Assembly (NCBI GenBank): GCA_002385575.1
Contig: DGDS01000016.1
Location: forward strand, 11,865 to 75,864
Direction: 5' to 3'
DNA from: Bacillales bacterium UBA3946
GTDB lineage: Bacteria > Bacillota_I > Bacilli_A > ML615J-28 > CAG-698
Length of the DNA: 64,000 nt
The notes beneath the pieces were generated by a model. That model ran no database searches. It was not told where the DNA came from and was given only the letters and a program-made list of their open reading frames with translations. This document shows positions 30,323-39,548 of this stretch, piece by piece. The position numbers and the translations under genes are program-made. The first letter of the stretch is position 1; each line of letters begins with the position of its first letter.

Positions 30323-31327
30323 TTACAATATGTTGATATTCTTTTCCCTTAAGATTTGTAAATGTTCTTCCGGCCAGAGTGATGCCTGGACCTCGCCGAT
30401 GTGGACCTTTTCAAGCAACACGAGGCACACGCGCGACTGCCCGATTCCACCGCCGGCAGTAAGCGGCAGGCGGCCGTACAGGACGTCGCAATGGTACGGC
30501 ATTTCGAGGCGCTCCTCTGTCCCTGCCAGGGCGCATTGCCGGCGCAGGGCGTGGCTGTCGACGCGGATTCCCATCGAGGTAAGTTCGACCGCCTGGTTTA
30601 GTGGCGGATACCAGAGGAGGATATCGCCGTTCAAACTCCAGTCGTCATAGTCGGGAGCGCGGAGGTCGTGGGGCTTGCCATCGCCCAGGCGGTGGCCGAT
30701 GCCGGAAATGAAGACGGTGCCGTGTTCGCGACAGATCGCATCCTCCCTTTCCTTCGGGGAAAGGTGGGGATAACGGATCCGCAGTTCCTCGGCGGAAATG
30801 AAGTAGACGTCTTCGCTGACGGGGGCGTGCAAGACGGGAAACTCCGCGGAAAGGACGGCCTTGGTTTCCTTCAGGGTCAAGGCGATCTTTCTGACCAGCG
30901 ATTGCAGGTATTCCAGGTTGCGTTGATCAGGGGTGATGACGATTTCCCAGTCCCACTGGTCGACGTAAATGGAATGAAGATTATCCAGCGCCTCGTCACG
31001 CCTAATAGCGTTCATGTCGGTATACAAGCCTTCCCCGGGGGAAAAGCCGTACTTGACCAGCGCGAACCGCTTCCACTTCGCCAGCGACTGGACGATCTCC
31101 GCCGTCCGACCGGTGGCTTTGATATCGAAGCTTACCGGTCGCTCGACGCCGCTGAGGTTATCGTTCAGACCCGATTCCGGGTATACGAATAACGGCGCCG
31201 TCACCCGCGTGAGGTTAAGATTTTTCGCGAGCTTCCGTTCGAACGTGTCCTTCGCCAGTTTGATCGCGACCTGCGTTTCCTGAATCGTCAAGGGGTCGCG
31301 GTAATCCTTCGGAATAAAGAGGCTCAT
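30323..31327 (-). CDS. asnA: Aspartate--ammonia ligase (asparagine synthetase A)
   Basis: Class II aaRS-like AsnA fold with conserved AsnA blocks over the full length (334 aa). Confidence 0.9.
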   Translation of the reverse strand: MSLFIPKDYRDPLTIQETQVAIKLAKDTFERKLAKNLNLTRVTAPLFVYPESGLNDNLSGVERPVSFDIKATGRTAEIVQSLAKWKRFALVKYGFSPGEGLYTDMNAIRRDEALDNLHSIYVDQWDWEIVITPDQRNLEYLQSLVRKIALTLKETKAVLSAEFPVLHAPVSEDVYFISAEELRIRYPHLSPKEREDAICREHGTVFISGIGHRLGDGKPHDLRAPDYDDWSLNGDILLWYPPLNQAVELTSMGIRVDSHALRRQCALAGTEERLEMPYHCDVLYGRLPLTAGGGIGQSRVCLVLLEKVHIGEVQASLWPEEHLQILREKNINIL

Positions 31328-31338
31328 GGGATGTCCCG

Positions 31339-32721
31339 TTAGCGCTTCAGGCGCGGGAGGCTGGCCGCGGCGATCGCCTGGCCGACCCGGCGGCTCTTCT
31401 CGTCCGGCAGATGAAATTTGATATTTCGGTACTCGGGGAACTCATCATAGAGAGTTTTTTCCGCCCAGGCGCGGATGAGGTTCCCACCCTTACCGCTCGT
31501 AACCCTACCTAAGAGCAGGATATGCTTCAACCGGTAAAACTGGGCGTAATAGGCGATCGTGTAGCCGAGATAAATGCCGATGTCGCTGAAGATCATCTCG
31601 GCAAGTTCGTCGCCTTCTTCGTTCAGTTTCTGGATTTCCTTCAGTTTCTGGGCTGGGGAAAGACCGCTGTCGAAGCGGTAACCACCCGCCTCGGCGAGCT
31701 TGATTACCCCGTCCTGGGAGAAGTATTTGACGCCGCAGCCGTAATCGCCGCTCCACTCGTCAATCATACTGTTCTTATTGAAATCGACGGGAACAAAGGC
31801 AAGTTCGTTCAGCCAGCCGGTGAGGTTACCTTCCTCGTTGGTATAACCGGCCGCTTCCGAAGTGCCCATCGCGATCCCGAGAATCTGCGTGTCGTTCAGT
31901 TCCATCGCTCCGGCCAGGGCCGCAACGTCACCATCATTGGCGACCAGCAGCGGGACATCGCCGAATGTCTTTGCGATCTCGATGTACATGTCCTTGACCT
32001 TGGCATCGTAGAGTTCGTTGGGAACCTTGAGGAAGAGCGAGGCCATCATGACGCGGTTGTCGACGTAAATACCGGCTGAGGAAACGCCGATCGCATCAAC
32101 GCGGGGCATATGGCTGGCCGCGGTCTGCATCGCCTCGGTAATATGGGCGCGGTGGTATTCCGGATCGCTGTTGATCTTCGGATACCAAACCACTTCTTCG
32201 CTGTAGACGACTTCTCCGTCGACCACCGCGGCAACCTTTCGGTCACTCCCACCGGCATCGAAACCGATCCGACAGCCGGAAAGGTCGTTCTCCAAGACGA
32301 TCTTTTCCTGGTTAAGCGACGGGATGTTCTGATAATCGGCTTTCAGAACGGTGAACGTGTTTTCATACACATGTCCCATGAACAAAGCGTCAAACTCGCG
32401 CCGTCCGCCAGGCGCATAATCAGCCTTCAGCCGTTTGTAAAGGTAATCTGAGCCGGCGATATAAATCTTATATCCACCGGCGACCCACAAGAGCGTCTTG
32501 ACGATCCGTTCGACTATCTCATAATTCTCCTCGTCGAAACCGATGCGGTCGGGGAAAATGTCAAGTTCGTACCGGTAGTTGTAGCCTTTGTTTCGCTCAA
32601 GGCAGATGATCAGCTTTTGCTTTGCGCTTGCTTTCGCAACTTTCGCCTGAAACTCCCGAAGTTTTAACACCATCGGGGAAAAATCCGGATCAAGCTTCGG
32701 AACGTACTTCATCTGATGCAC
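31339..32721 (-). CDS. ASKHA-superfamily (ROK-like) ATPase with an N-terminal extension of about 130 aa; substrate unknown
   Basis: CRIGFDAGGSDRKVAAVVDGEVV (phosphate-1), ANDGDVAALAGAMEL and GIAMGTSEAAGY blocks resemble ROK sugar kinases, but no CxC zinc motif is present. Confidence 0.45.
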   Translation of the reverse strand: MHQMKYVPKLDPDFSPMVLKLREFQAKVAKASAKQKLIICLERNKGYNYRYELDIFPDRIGFDEENYEIVERIVKTLLWVAGGYKIYIAGSDYLYKRLKADYAPGGRREFDALFMGHVYENTFTVLKADYQNIPSLNQEKIVLENDLSGCRIGFDAGGSDRKVAAVVDGEVVYSEEVVWYPKINSDPEYHRAHITEAMQTAASHMPRVDAIGVSSAGIYVDNRVMMASLFLKVPNELYDAKVKDMYIEIAKTFGDVPLLVANDGDVAALAGAMELNDTQILGIAMGTSEAAGYTNEEGNLTGWLNELAFVPVDFNKNSMIDEWSGDYGCGVKYFSQDGVIKLAEAGGYRFDSGLSPAQKLKEIQKLNEEGDELAEMIFSDIGIYLGYTIAYYAQFYRLKHILLLGRVTSGKGGNLIRAWAEKTLYDEFPEYRNIKFHLPDEKSRRVGQAIAAASLPRLKR

Positions 32722-32743
32722 CTCTTCTCTCTTCAGTTGGTAT

Positions 32744-33208
32744 TTAGTTGATTTCCTTGATGACTACATAAAATTCGTTGCCGGTATCGGTCTTGACTAA
32801 AACGCGATCGCCAAGTTTATGATTGAGGATCGCGGATCCAAGCGGCGATTCGTTGGAAATCTTGCCGGCCAGGGGATCCGATTCCAGGCTGCCGACGATC
32901 GTAAACGTGTCGGTGGTTTTGTCCTCGTACTCCAGAACCACGGTCTTCCCGAGGTTAGAGGTCGAGGATTTATCCATGGCGATGATCTCGGCATTCTTTA
33001 TGATGTTTTCTAATTCCTTTATCCGGTTTTCCACCCGGGCCTGTTCATCCCGGGCATTATCGTAATCGGCGTTCTCCGAAAGGTCGCCTTGGGCCCGCGC
33101 TTCCTTCAGTGATTCGATGATCCGGGGCCGTTCGTTCTTTATCAGATATTCCAGTTCTTTTTTGTATTTTTCCAGTCCTTCCGGAGTCAGCTGATGCTTT
33201 CCGTTCAT
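32744..33208 (-). CDS. greA: Transcription elongation factor GreA
   Basis: Coiled-coil N-terminus with the acidic tip (GDLSENADYD) and an FKBP-like C-terminus. Confidence 0.9.
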   Translation of the reverse strand: MNGKHQLTPEGLEKYKKELEYLIKNERPRIIESLKEARAQGDLSENADYDNARDEQARVENRIKELENIIKNAEIIAMDKSSTSNLGKTVVLEYEDKTTDTFTIVGSLESDPLAGKISNESPLGSAILNHKLGDRVLVKTDTGNEFYVVIKEIN

Positions 33209-33366
33209 GAAAAAAATCCTCCCACTAATGAATTTTAGAATATTATATCAAAAACCCAGCGAATAAGCAAGAAATAATTTCTTAATCCGCCGGTATTTTT
33301 TGTCATGATTTTACATTATCTATATTTCCTTGAGCCTGGCAACGCCGCGGCGAATGCTCGCTCACG

Positions 33367-34026
33367 CTATCTGTCGATCCTCCGGCTCACGGCGAAACCG
33401 TCGCCAATCGCGAAAAATCGGGTCTCAAACTGCTTGTTCCGGGAAAGCCAGTGATTGAACTTGTCGATTTTTTCTGCAAGGTGCTTGAGATCCTTGTTCT
33501 CGATAGGCTTTTTGCTTACGATGAGCCCGTGGAATAACAGGTTATCGATAAAGATCAAGCCGCCCGGGGCGAGTTTGGTCTTGTATTTTTCGAATAATTC
33601 GATGTATTGGGCTTTGGCGGCGTCGATGAATATCATCTCGTACTCAACCGCCAATTGGTTCATGTCAAACTCAAGGGCATCAGCGCAGTGAGCTTTGATA
33701 CGGCTGTATAGACCAGCATCCGCGATGAACTCGACCGCCCGCTCGTGCAGGGCGGGATTCTTTTCAATCGTGTCAATCAGAATGTCAGGATCGTGCAACG
33801 CGACGTTTACCGCGCAGTAACCGATGGCCGTTCCGATTTCTAAAAATCGTTTAGGCTTAACTATATCAACCAGCATCAGTATCATAGTCAAACCTTCGTC
33901 GTTTATAATCGGTATTTTGTTGTTATGCGCATATTTCTTCATAGCCTTGACAACCTTGCCAGAAGGCAGGTCGTTCAATTCGGCGATGTATTCGTGCATG
34001 TTTTCACCCAGATAATTATATATCAA
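33367..34026 (-). CDS. Class I SAM-dependent O-methyltransferase (YrrM / caffeoyl-CoA OMT-like)
   Basis: SAM motif LEIGTAIGYCA and the O-MT family 3 pattern, 219 aa. Confidence 0.75.
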   Translation of the reverse strand: MIYNYLGENMHEYIAELNDLPSGKVVKAMKKYAHNNKIPIINDEGLTMILMLVDIVKPKRFLEIGTAIGYCAVNVALHDPDILIDTIEKNPALHERAVEFIADAGLYSRIKAHCADALEFDMNQLAVEYEMIFIDAAKAQYIELFEKYKTKLAPGGLIFIDNLLFHGLIVSKKPIENKDLKHLAEKIDKFNHWLSRNKQFETRFFAIGDGFAVSRRIDR

Positions 34027-34047
34027 AACCCGAAGAAATGCAAGGGC

Positions 34048-35274
34048 TTAGCGGTGGTAGTACGCGAGCGCTTCCTTGTATCGGGACGTTTTGCACAGGT
34101 ATTCGATGTAGTGCTGCTCGTAGATCTTGTCATAAAGGGGATGGGTGTAATTACGGTTGTAGGGAATGACCTTAAACCGCAAATGCTCGATAAGATTATA
34201 CTTTTTCTCGGTCTTAAATTTGAGCAACATGAAGTTGATGAAGACCTGGTGGATCGACTCGTCCTTTTCGAAGATGTAGTTTTCGGCGATTTCCGATGCC
34301 TTGTTGATGTATTCCGGCCGGTTAAGGCGATCGGCGGCGTAAACCAGCAACGCGATAAAGCGCGCCTCCCCCAGTAGCTCCTTTTTCAAAATCTCCTCGT
34401 ACACCTCGAGCCACGCCTTGCCTTTCAGCATGATTAACAACTTCCAGTAGATGATTTCATAATAATAGGCGTCCTCGGATGAAAGGGCGCCGATACCGCG
34501 CAACTCATTGATGATTTCTTCATAATACTCGCTTGCCTGCACATCGAGCATCATCAGTCGGATGATGATCTGCCGCGGGTTGGGATAACCGATGTTGAAA
34601 TTCCCCATCAACAGGTGATAATAGCGGAAAAACTTCGGATATATCTTCAGGTTATAGGCGCAGATGTAATGTTGCTCGTAGATCAGCCAGTTCAACTCCT
34701 GATTTTCGAAATCGTTATTTTCCAGGTATTTAAGATATTTATAGGCCGGATTGAACTGGTATGTCCGTAGATAATACTCGATCACCAGGAACATGAAGAC
34801 GCCGACGTCTTCTTTCAGCATCGTCTCCTTGATGCGGTCGATCGTCGCGATCGTCTCCTTGAAGTTCTGCCAGTCGCCTTTGATCAGTTGATAAAAGCCC
34901 TTGATCAGATAATTCTTGACATTGAATATCGAGTCGTCGATCATGTCATGGAGATTGGTAATCTCGTCATGGTTTTGGTACAGATAAGCCTTGATGGCCC
35001 GGTTCACACCGTTCTCGATGATGTTCATGCCGACCTTGTTGAAGTCGAGATTGACCCTTTCAAAAATCGCCTTGATGTAGGACTCGTCGGCAACGATGGC
35101 ATTGCGCTCCAGTTTGCACAGATAACTGATCGAACAAATCCCGTGCGCCATTTCCTGCAACGTCAGTTTCCGCTTGTGCCGTTCATGCTTGATAATCTGC
35201 GAATACAGGTAATTGCGGTTTACGTCGTTTTTGTCGTTCTTGAGAACGGACAACTTTTCGATTTTTGTAATCAT
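34048..35274 (-). CDS. XRE-family HTH regulator with a large TPR-like helical C-terminal domain (RNPP/Rgg-type architecture)
   Basis: N-terminus MITKIEKLSVLKNDK..LYSQIIKHERHKRKLTLQEMAHGICSISYLCKLERN is an XRE HTH. The remaining ~340 aa is helical and Tyr/Lys/Asn-rich. GGGAGG RBS at ATG 35274. The gene is markedly AT-richer than its neighbours. Confidence 0.6.
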   Translation of the reverse strand: MITKIEKLSVLKNDKNDVNRNYLYSQIIKHERHKRKLTLQEMAHGICSISYLCKLERNAIVADESYIKAIFERVNLDFNKVGMNIIENGVNRAIKAYLYQNHDEITNLHDMIDDSIFNVKNYLIKGFYQLIKGDWQNFKETIATIDRIKETMLKEDVGVFMFLVIEYYLRTYQFNPAYKYLKYLENNDFENQELNWLIYEQHYICAYNLKIYPKFFRYYHLLMGNFNIGYPNPRQIIIRLMMLDVQASEYYEEIINELRGIGALSSEDAYYYEIIYWKLLIMLKGKAWLEVYEEILKKELLGEARFIALLVYAADRLNRPEYINKASEIAENYIFEKDESIHQVFINFMLLKFKTEKKYNLIEHLRFKVIPYNRNYTHPLYDKIYEQHYIEYLCKTSRYKEALAYYHR

Positions 35275-35404
35275 GCTTATTCCTCCCAATGATATAGCAG
35301 TATTGCCTAATTTAACATGATTAGATTTTACTACAATATTTTCCATATTTCAACAATATTATCTTGAAAAAATTCTGTAATTTTCCATGGTACCTTTAGT
35401 AATC

Positions 35405-35427
35405 AAAAAAGACAGCCGAAGCCGTCA
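35405..35427 (-). terminator. Rho-independent terminator of the DUF45 gene
   Basis: GACGGCTTCGGCTGTC hairpin plus TTTTTT on the minus strand, overlapping the stop codon. Confidence 0.6.
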
Positions 35428-36114
35428 TGTTCTTAAAACAAAAGCGAATTTTTTTAGTTCCATGAGCGCCGCTTTATAATTGGGATAAAATTTCTCAAGT
35501 AGTTGGTAAAAACCCTTACCGTGATTGGAATAAGCAAAATGCGCGAACTCGTGGATAATGACATAGCGAACCGCCTCCCAGGGAACGTGGACCAATAATG
35601 TATTGAGCGTTATTTTTCCGGTCTTCGCATTACAACTGCCCCAGCGCGATCGCATTTTCCTAAAGGTCAACCGGACATCGGATTTATGGAAGAGCTCGGC
35701 GCATCGGTAAAACTCCGCCGTGATTTGCTCGCAAAGAGTATTCCGGATTTGATTGAGAACACGTTCCAGGCTTCCAGTGATGTACAATGTATTACCGGAA
35801 AAATAATATGATTCGCTCGTCGCGGAAGGAGCGATGTTAAAGAGGGTTCCGAAAAGCCAGACCTTCCGACCGGAAAAGACGTCCTGGATTTGCATATTGG
35901 CGATACTAACGGCGTTTTTCCGGACTACCCGCTCGATCCAATCCTTCTGTTTATAAAGATGCGACACCGCCTGGTTCCGGGAAAATGTCTGCGGATAATG
36001 AAGGGCGATGTTGTTACTCACGTCGACTTTGATGATGACCCGTCTGATCTTCTTAGGGATCAGCGCCACTGTATAAATTTTACCGTCAATTTCGATTGAG
36101 TATTTTTCCTCCAT
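35425..36114 (-). CDS. YgjP/DUF45-family (SprT/M48-like) zinc metallopeptidase-fold protein
   Basis: RWGSC and HEFAH motifs in the C-terminal half. Confidence 0.75.
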   Translation of the reverse strand: MEEKYSIEIDGKIYTVALIPKKIRRVIIKVDVSNNIALHYPQTFSRNQAVSHLYKQKDWIERVVRKNAVSIANMQIQDVFSGRKVWLFGTLFNIAPSATSESYYFSGNTLYITGSLERVLNQIRNTLCEQITAEFYRCAELFHKSDVRLTFRKMRSRWGSCNAKTGKITLNTLLVHVPWEAVRYVIIHEFAHFAYSNHGKGFYQLLEKFYPNYKAALMELKKFAFVLRT

Positions 36115-36130
36115 AATTTCTCTGCTTTCT

Positions 36131-36763
36131 TTAATGTAAGAATAGGCCTACCAGCCAATTCGCGATATCTCTGAATATATTCATGAATCCTTCAACCGTA
36201 TCCGCAAGAAAAAGATCAAAAACCCCCGTAGCAAGCAAAACGACCAATAATATCATGCCGTACTTTTCATAGCGAAGATAGGTATAATAATACTTGTCGG
36301 GAATGAGGGCGCCGATCAGTTTCGAGCCGTCGAGCGGCGGTATCGGCAATAAATTAAACACGCCGAGACCGATATTTATCACGATGATAAACCACAACAA
36401 AGATTGAATCCAAAAGGCAAAATTGTACATCGTCCCTAAAACAAGAAAAACGAAGGTAATCAGGGCGACGATAAAATTCATCAACGGTCCGGCCAGCGCC
36501 ACAAACACCATTCCCAACCGAGGATTGCGATAATATTGAGGATTGACATGAACCGGCTTTGCCCAACCGAAACCGAAAAAGATCAGGCACAACGTCCCGA
36601 CCGGATCGAGATGACGCGCCGGATTGAGCGATAACCTGCCTTCCTGCTTCGGGGTCGGATCGCCCTGCCAGTGGGAAACCAAGCCATGTGCCATCTCATG
36701 AAATATGATGGCGATGAGCGCGGCCGGAACGATATATATCAAGTCTTTGGAGAATTCAAGCAT
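36131..36763 (-). CDS. Site-2 protease family (M50) membrane zinc metalloprotease, YwhC-like
   Basis: HEMAH in TM1, NLLPIPPLDGS (LDG motif), about 210 aa with no PDZ or CBS domain. Confidence 0.8.
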   Translation of the reverse strand: MLEFSKDLIYIVPAALIAIIFHEMAHGLVSHWQGDPTPKQEGRLSLNPARHLDPVGTLCLIFFGFGWAKPVHVNPQYYRNPRLGMVFVALAGPLMNFIVALITFVFLVLGTMYNFAFWIQSLLWFIIVINIGLGVFNLLPIPPLDGSKLIGALIPDKYYYTYLRYEKYGMILLVVLLATGVFDLFLADTVEGFMNIFRDIANWLVGLFLH

Positions 36764-36883
36764 TAATAATCACCAACTTATGTCCTCTTGTTCTCCTATT
36801 ATACCACATTATCAGCAAGAGTTACAATTTATAATAGAGCAGATAACATCAGTTTATTGACAAATCAAACAAAAAGGTTGGCT

Positions 36884-37507
36884 TTATTGCCAACGCAAAT
36901 GGTTCTTCTGATAGCGGAAAACTAGTTTTCTGAGAGCGATGCCGCGGTTATTGGCGTGATGAACAACGTTTCGAATAAAAAGATAAACAAATATCACCAT
37001 GAATGCAAGGCTTTTGTTCTTGATGAAATAATACGCAAGCCCGGCTAATGCAATACTGGAAACAAGGAAGAGCGCCTTTTGCTCTGTAAACGGCTGATTG
37101 ACAACCTTGGCCAGGATCACTTCCAACGCCTTATAACCGTCGAGGGGGAAGATTGGAAGGATATTAAAAAGGATGACAAGAAAATTGAACTTGTAAAGCA
37201 GGGATCGAAGGTATTCCGAACCAACGTAGCGACATAAAAACAGAGACAAAACGTTCATTGTCACCCCGGAAAGGTAAAGGATCATTTCCGCTAGGGCTCC
37301 AATGTCTTTTATCTCGACTTCCATGAAACCGCCGATCGCCGTGATGTCCAGTTTTTTTACCTTTTGTCTAAACGCAAGGCAAGCTATAAGATGCCCTGCT
37401 TCATGAATGCCAAGCACCGCCAGAAACCAAAGTAACTCGACAAACAACCCGGAAAATAAAAACACGATGGCAAGCAGCCAGAAGGAATAATGAACCGAGA
37501 CCTTCAT
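36884..37507 (-). CDS. Site-2 protease family (M50) membrane metalloprotease; candidate SpoIVFB analogue (no CBS domain)
   Basis: HEAGH and NILPIFPLDGY motifs. Lies immediately downstream of a SpoIVFA-like gene and of radC, as in the Bacillus spoIVF locus. Confidence 0.6.
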   Translation of the reverse strand: MKVSVHYSFWLLAIVFLFSGLFVELLWFLAVLGIHEAGHLIACLAFRQKVKKLDITAIGGFMEVEIKDIGALAEMILYLSGVTMNVLSLFLCRYVGSEYLRSLLYKFNFLVILFNILPIFPLDGYKALEVILAKVVNQPFTEQKALFLVSSIALAGLAYYFIKNKSLAFMVIFVYLFIRNVVHHANNRGIALRKLVFRYQKNHLRWQ

Positions 37508-37512
37508 TTTGT

Positions 37513-38061
37513 TTACTTAAGAAAAAGATTTACCGGCATACCTTCGTCGTAAACGTAGAAATGAAAATAACAGCCGGCATCTTCCGCCGTCGGCGCGCCG
37601 ATGATTTCACCGCTGGTGACGATTTTGTAGATGTTGCAGTCGACGGAGGCGAGGCGGTCGTACACGTAGGTGTAATCGTCGATGCCTTTTACCTTGACCT
37701 GGTAGGTGCCGTTTTTGTTCTTTATGATCGCCACGACCACACCCGTTTTATATACCTCCACTCCCTGGAACTCGTTCACCTCGATGCGTAGACCGTCCGG
37801 AATTTTCTCTCCTGTCATGTAAAGTGCAGATACTTCGCCGGAAACCGTGTCGGTGATATCCATGGGCAGTAAAAACCGGTTTTCGCCGTTGATCGACCGG
37901 ATGACCTTGAGGATATTGTAATGCTCGCTCAAAGACGCCCGGACCTTTTCAAGGTCGATAACCCCGATCCTTCCAAAGAAGACGACCGCCAATAATAAAA
38001 AAGCGCCGATCAAAAGTTTATAAAGAAAACGGTCGACGAAATTCAGTTCCTTCTCCTCCAA
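37513..38061 (-). CDS. Membrane protein with a degenerate LytM/M23 domain (SpoIVFA-like; SpoIIQ-like cannot be excluded)
   Basis: N-terminal TM. The C-terminus reads YTYVYDRLASVDCNIYKIVTSGEIIG...CYFHFYVYDEGMPVN, which matches the M23 pattern (tlYaHL..v.vG..V..Gq.IG...PHLHFE...G..vnP) with the catalytic residues substituted. Confidence 0.45.
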   Translation of the reverse strand: MEEKELNFVDRFLYKLLIGAFLLLAVVFFGRIGVIDLEKVRASLSEHYNILKVIRSINGENRFLLPMDITDTVSGEVSALYMTGEKIPDGLRIEVNEFQGVEVYKTGVVVAIIKNKNGTYQVKVKGIDDYTYVYDRLASVDCNIYKIVTSGEIIGAPTAEDAGCYFHFYVYDEGMPVNLFLK

Positions 38062-38102
38062 GCTATCACCCGCTAAATTATATGAAAAAGCATTACAAAC
38101 TA

Positions 38103-38789
38103 TTATAGTTTTTGGTGCTCCATGAAGCTGAAGTAGCGATTCTTACCGATGATGATGTGGTCGACGACAAGAACCTCCACAAGCGCCGCAGCTTCGATCA
38201 GCCGGACGGTGATCTCGCAATCCGCTTCGCTTGGTTCGGGGTTCCCGGAAGGATGATTGTGGGCGAGGATGATCCCCTTGGCGGACATTTTCAGTGCCCA
38301 TTTCAGGATGTCGCGGCAGTCGAAGAGCGTGTGCGTCAGCGTGCCGATGGAGATCGTCCGTTCGCCGAGTATTTCCCCCGCCGTGTTGAGATATACCGCG
38401 ACAAGATGTTCCTGGGTCAGATGCTGGAGCGAGTCCTTCAGGTACTGATAGGACTGGTAAGGTGTCTTAAGCTTGATTTTTGCGGCGGCGGGGACGTTGA
38501 TACGCTTGCCAAGCTCGATCGCCGCCAGCAGCGTCACCGCCTTCGTCCGCCCGATCCCCTTGATTTCCTGCAATTCCGCGACCGTCGCCTCGTTGAGACG
38601 GTCGATCGAAGGATAGCGGGCCAGAAGCTTGCGCGCAAGGTCGAGCGCGGAAAGCCGATGGCTGCCGGTGCGGAGGATGATTGCCAGCAGTTCGTAATTG
38701 GATAGCGACTTAACGCCGTTTTTGAGCAGCCGTTCCCGCGGCCGTTCGCTTTCCGGGATTTCCCGCAATAAAAAACTCATAATAACCAC
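38103..38789 (-). CDS. radC: RadC-family JAB/MPN domain protein
   Basis: N-terminal HhH region (ELLAIILRTG) and JAMM motif HNHPSGNPEPSEAD. Confidence 0.85.
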   Translation of the reverse strand: MVIMSFLLREIPESERPRERLLKNGVKSLSNYELLAIILRTGSHRLSALDLARKLLARYPSIDRLNEATVAELQEIKGIGRTKAVTLLAAIELGKRINVPAAAKIKLKTPYQSYQYLKDSLQHLTQEHLVAVYLNTAGEILGERTISIGTLTHTLFDCRDILKWALKMSAKGIILAHNHPSGNPEPSEADCEITVRLIEAAALVEVLVVDHIIIGKNRYFSFMEHQKL

Positions 38790-38826
38790 CCGTTATATAT
38801 ATTAGCGGTCATTATGAGAATTTCGT

Positions 38827-39432
38827 TTAACCGAGGTTATTGACGATTTCCTGGTAGATGTTGAGCCTGATCTCGGCGCGTAGGGCCTCATTCTTCACCC
38901 CCGTCAGGGCAACGGTCAGGGTATAGGCCTCAAGACTTGCCGGGTTGGAATGAAACTTCTCAGAAATGACGATCTGCTCGCCCTTCAGGTCGTCTAGCAG
39001 GTTCGTGACGCATTCCAGCCAAAACTCGTATTCCGCGGTATCGTCGAGCACGGCGTTCGGCATGTCAAGGATGTACTCCTTCTTCACGAGCGGCGAAAAC
39101 CCCTTGTATTCGAAATCGCCCTTTTTGGAAGCAAGCGCCTCCTCGCTCCCGGCGATGGCGCCGTAAACGTAGTAATGTCCGCCGGTATAAACATACACGG
39201 AATACAAATCCTTGGCACGAATGGTCGCGATCAACGTTTCCGCCTCATCCGCGCTATCCGCCTTCCCGATTTGCAATAAATAGACGTTGCCGTAGACGGC
39301 CCCGGCCGGCTGTTCGTTATCGTTATCTGAAGGGTTGATGTTGATCCGCGTCGATAAAAAAAAGCCGATGATGCAGCCGATGACCATGCCCAATAATACT
39401 CCGAAGATATCGATTTCTCTTTTTTTGAACAT
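38827..39432 (-). CDS. Membrane-anchored protein with a C-terminal SPOR-like domain (unknown function)
   Basis: Start MFKKREIDIFGV with a GAGGTGG RBS and a single TM helix. VYLLQIGKADSADEAETLIATIRAKDL..YVYTGGHYYVYGAIAGSEEALAS resembles a SPOR repeat. Confidence 0.4.
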   Translation of the reverse strand: MFKKREIDIFGVLLGMVIGCIIGFFLSTRININPSDNDNEQPAGAVYGNVYLLQIGKADSADEAETLIATIRAKDLYSVYVYTGGHYYVYGAIAGSEEALASKKGDFEYKGFSPLVKKEYILDMPNAVLDDTAEYEFWLECVTNLLDDLKGEQIVISEKFHSNPASLEAYTLTVALTGVKNEALRAEIRLNIYQEIVNNLG

Positions 39433-39548
39433 TATTTCCACCTCGGGCCTATTATAATAACTGGCCATTGGAAAAAATGTCAAAAAAAGATGGGGAATAA
39501 AATATCTTCGGCGCGCATATAATGCAGGTCCGGCCGCTCCCATTCGGC

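Noticed and set aside
35317-35367. 16-codon ORF MIRFYYNIFHISTILS, divergent from the RNPP-like regulator, considered as a candidate signalling peptide (SHP-like).
   Set aside because: It has no Shine-Dalgarno sequence, no signal or hydrophobic leader typical of SHP or Phr peptides, and it lies inside the regulator's promoter.
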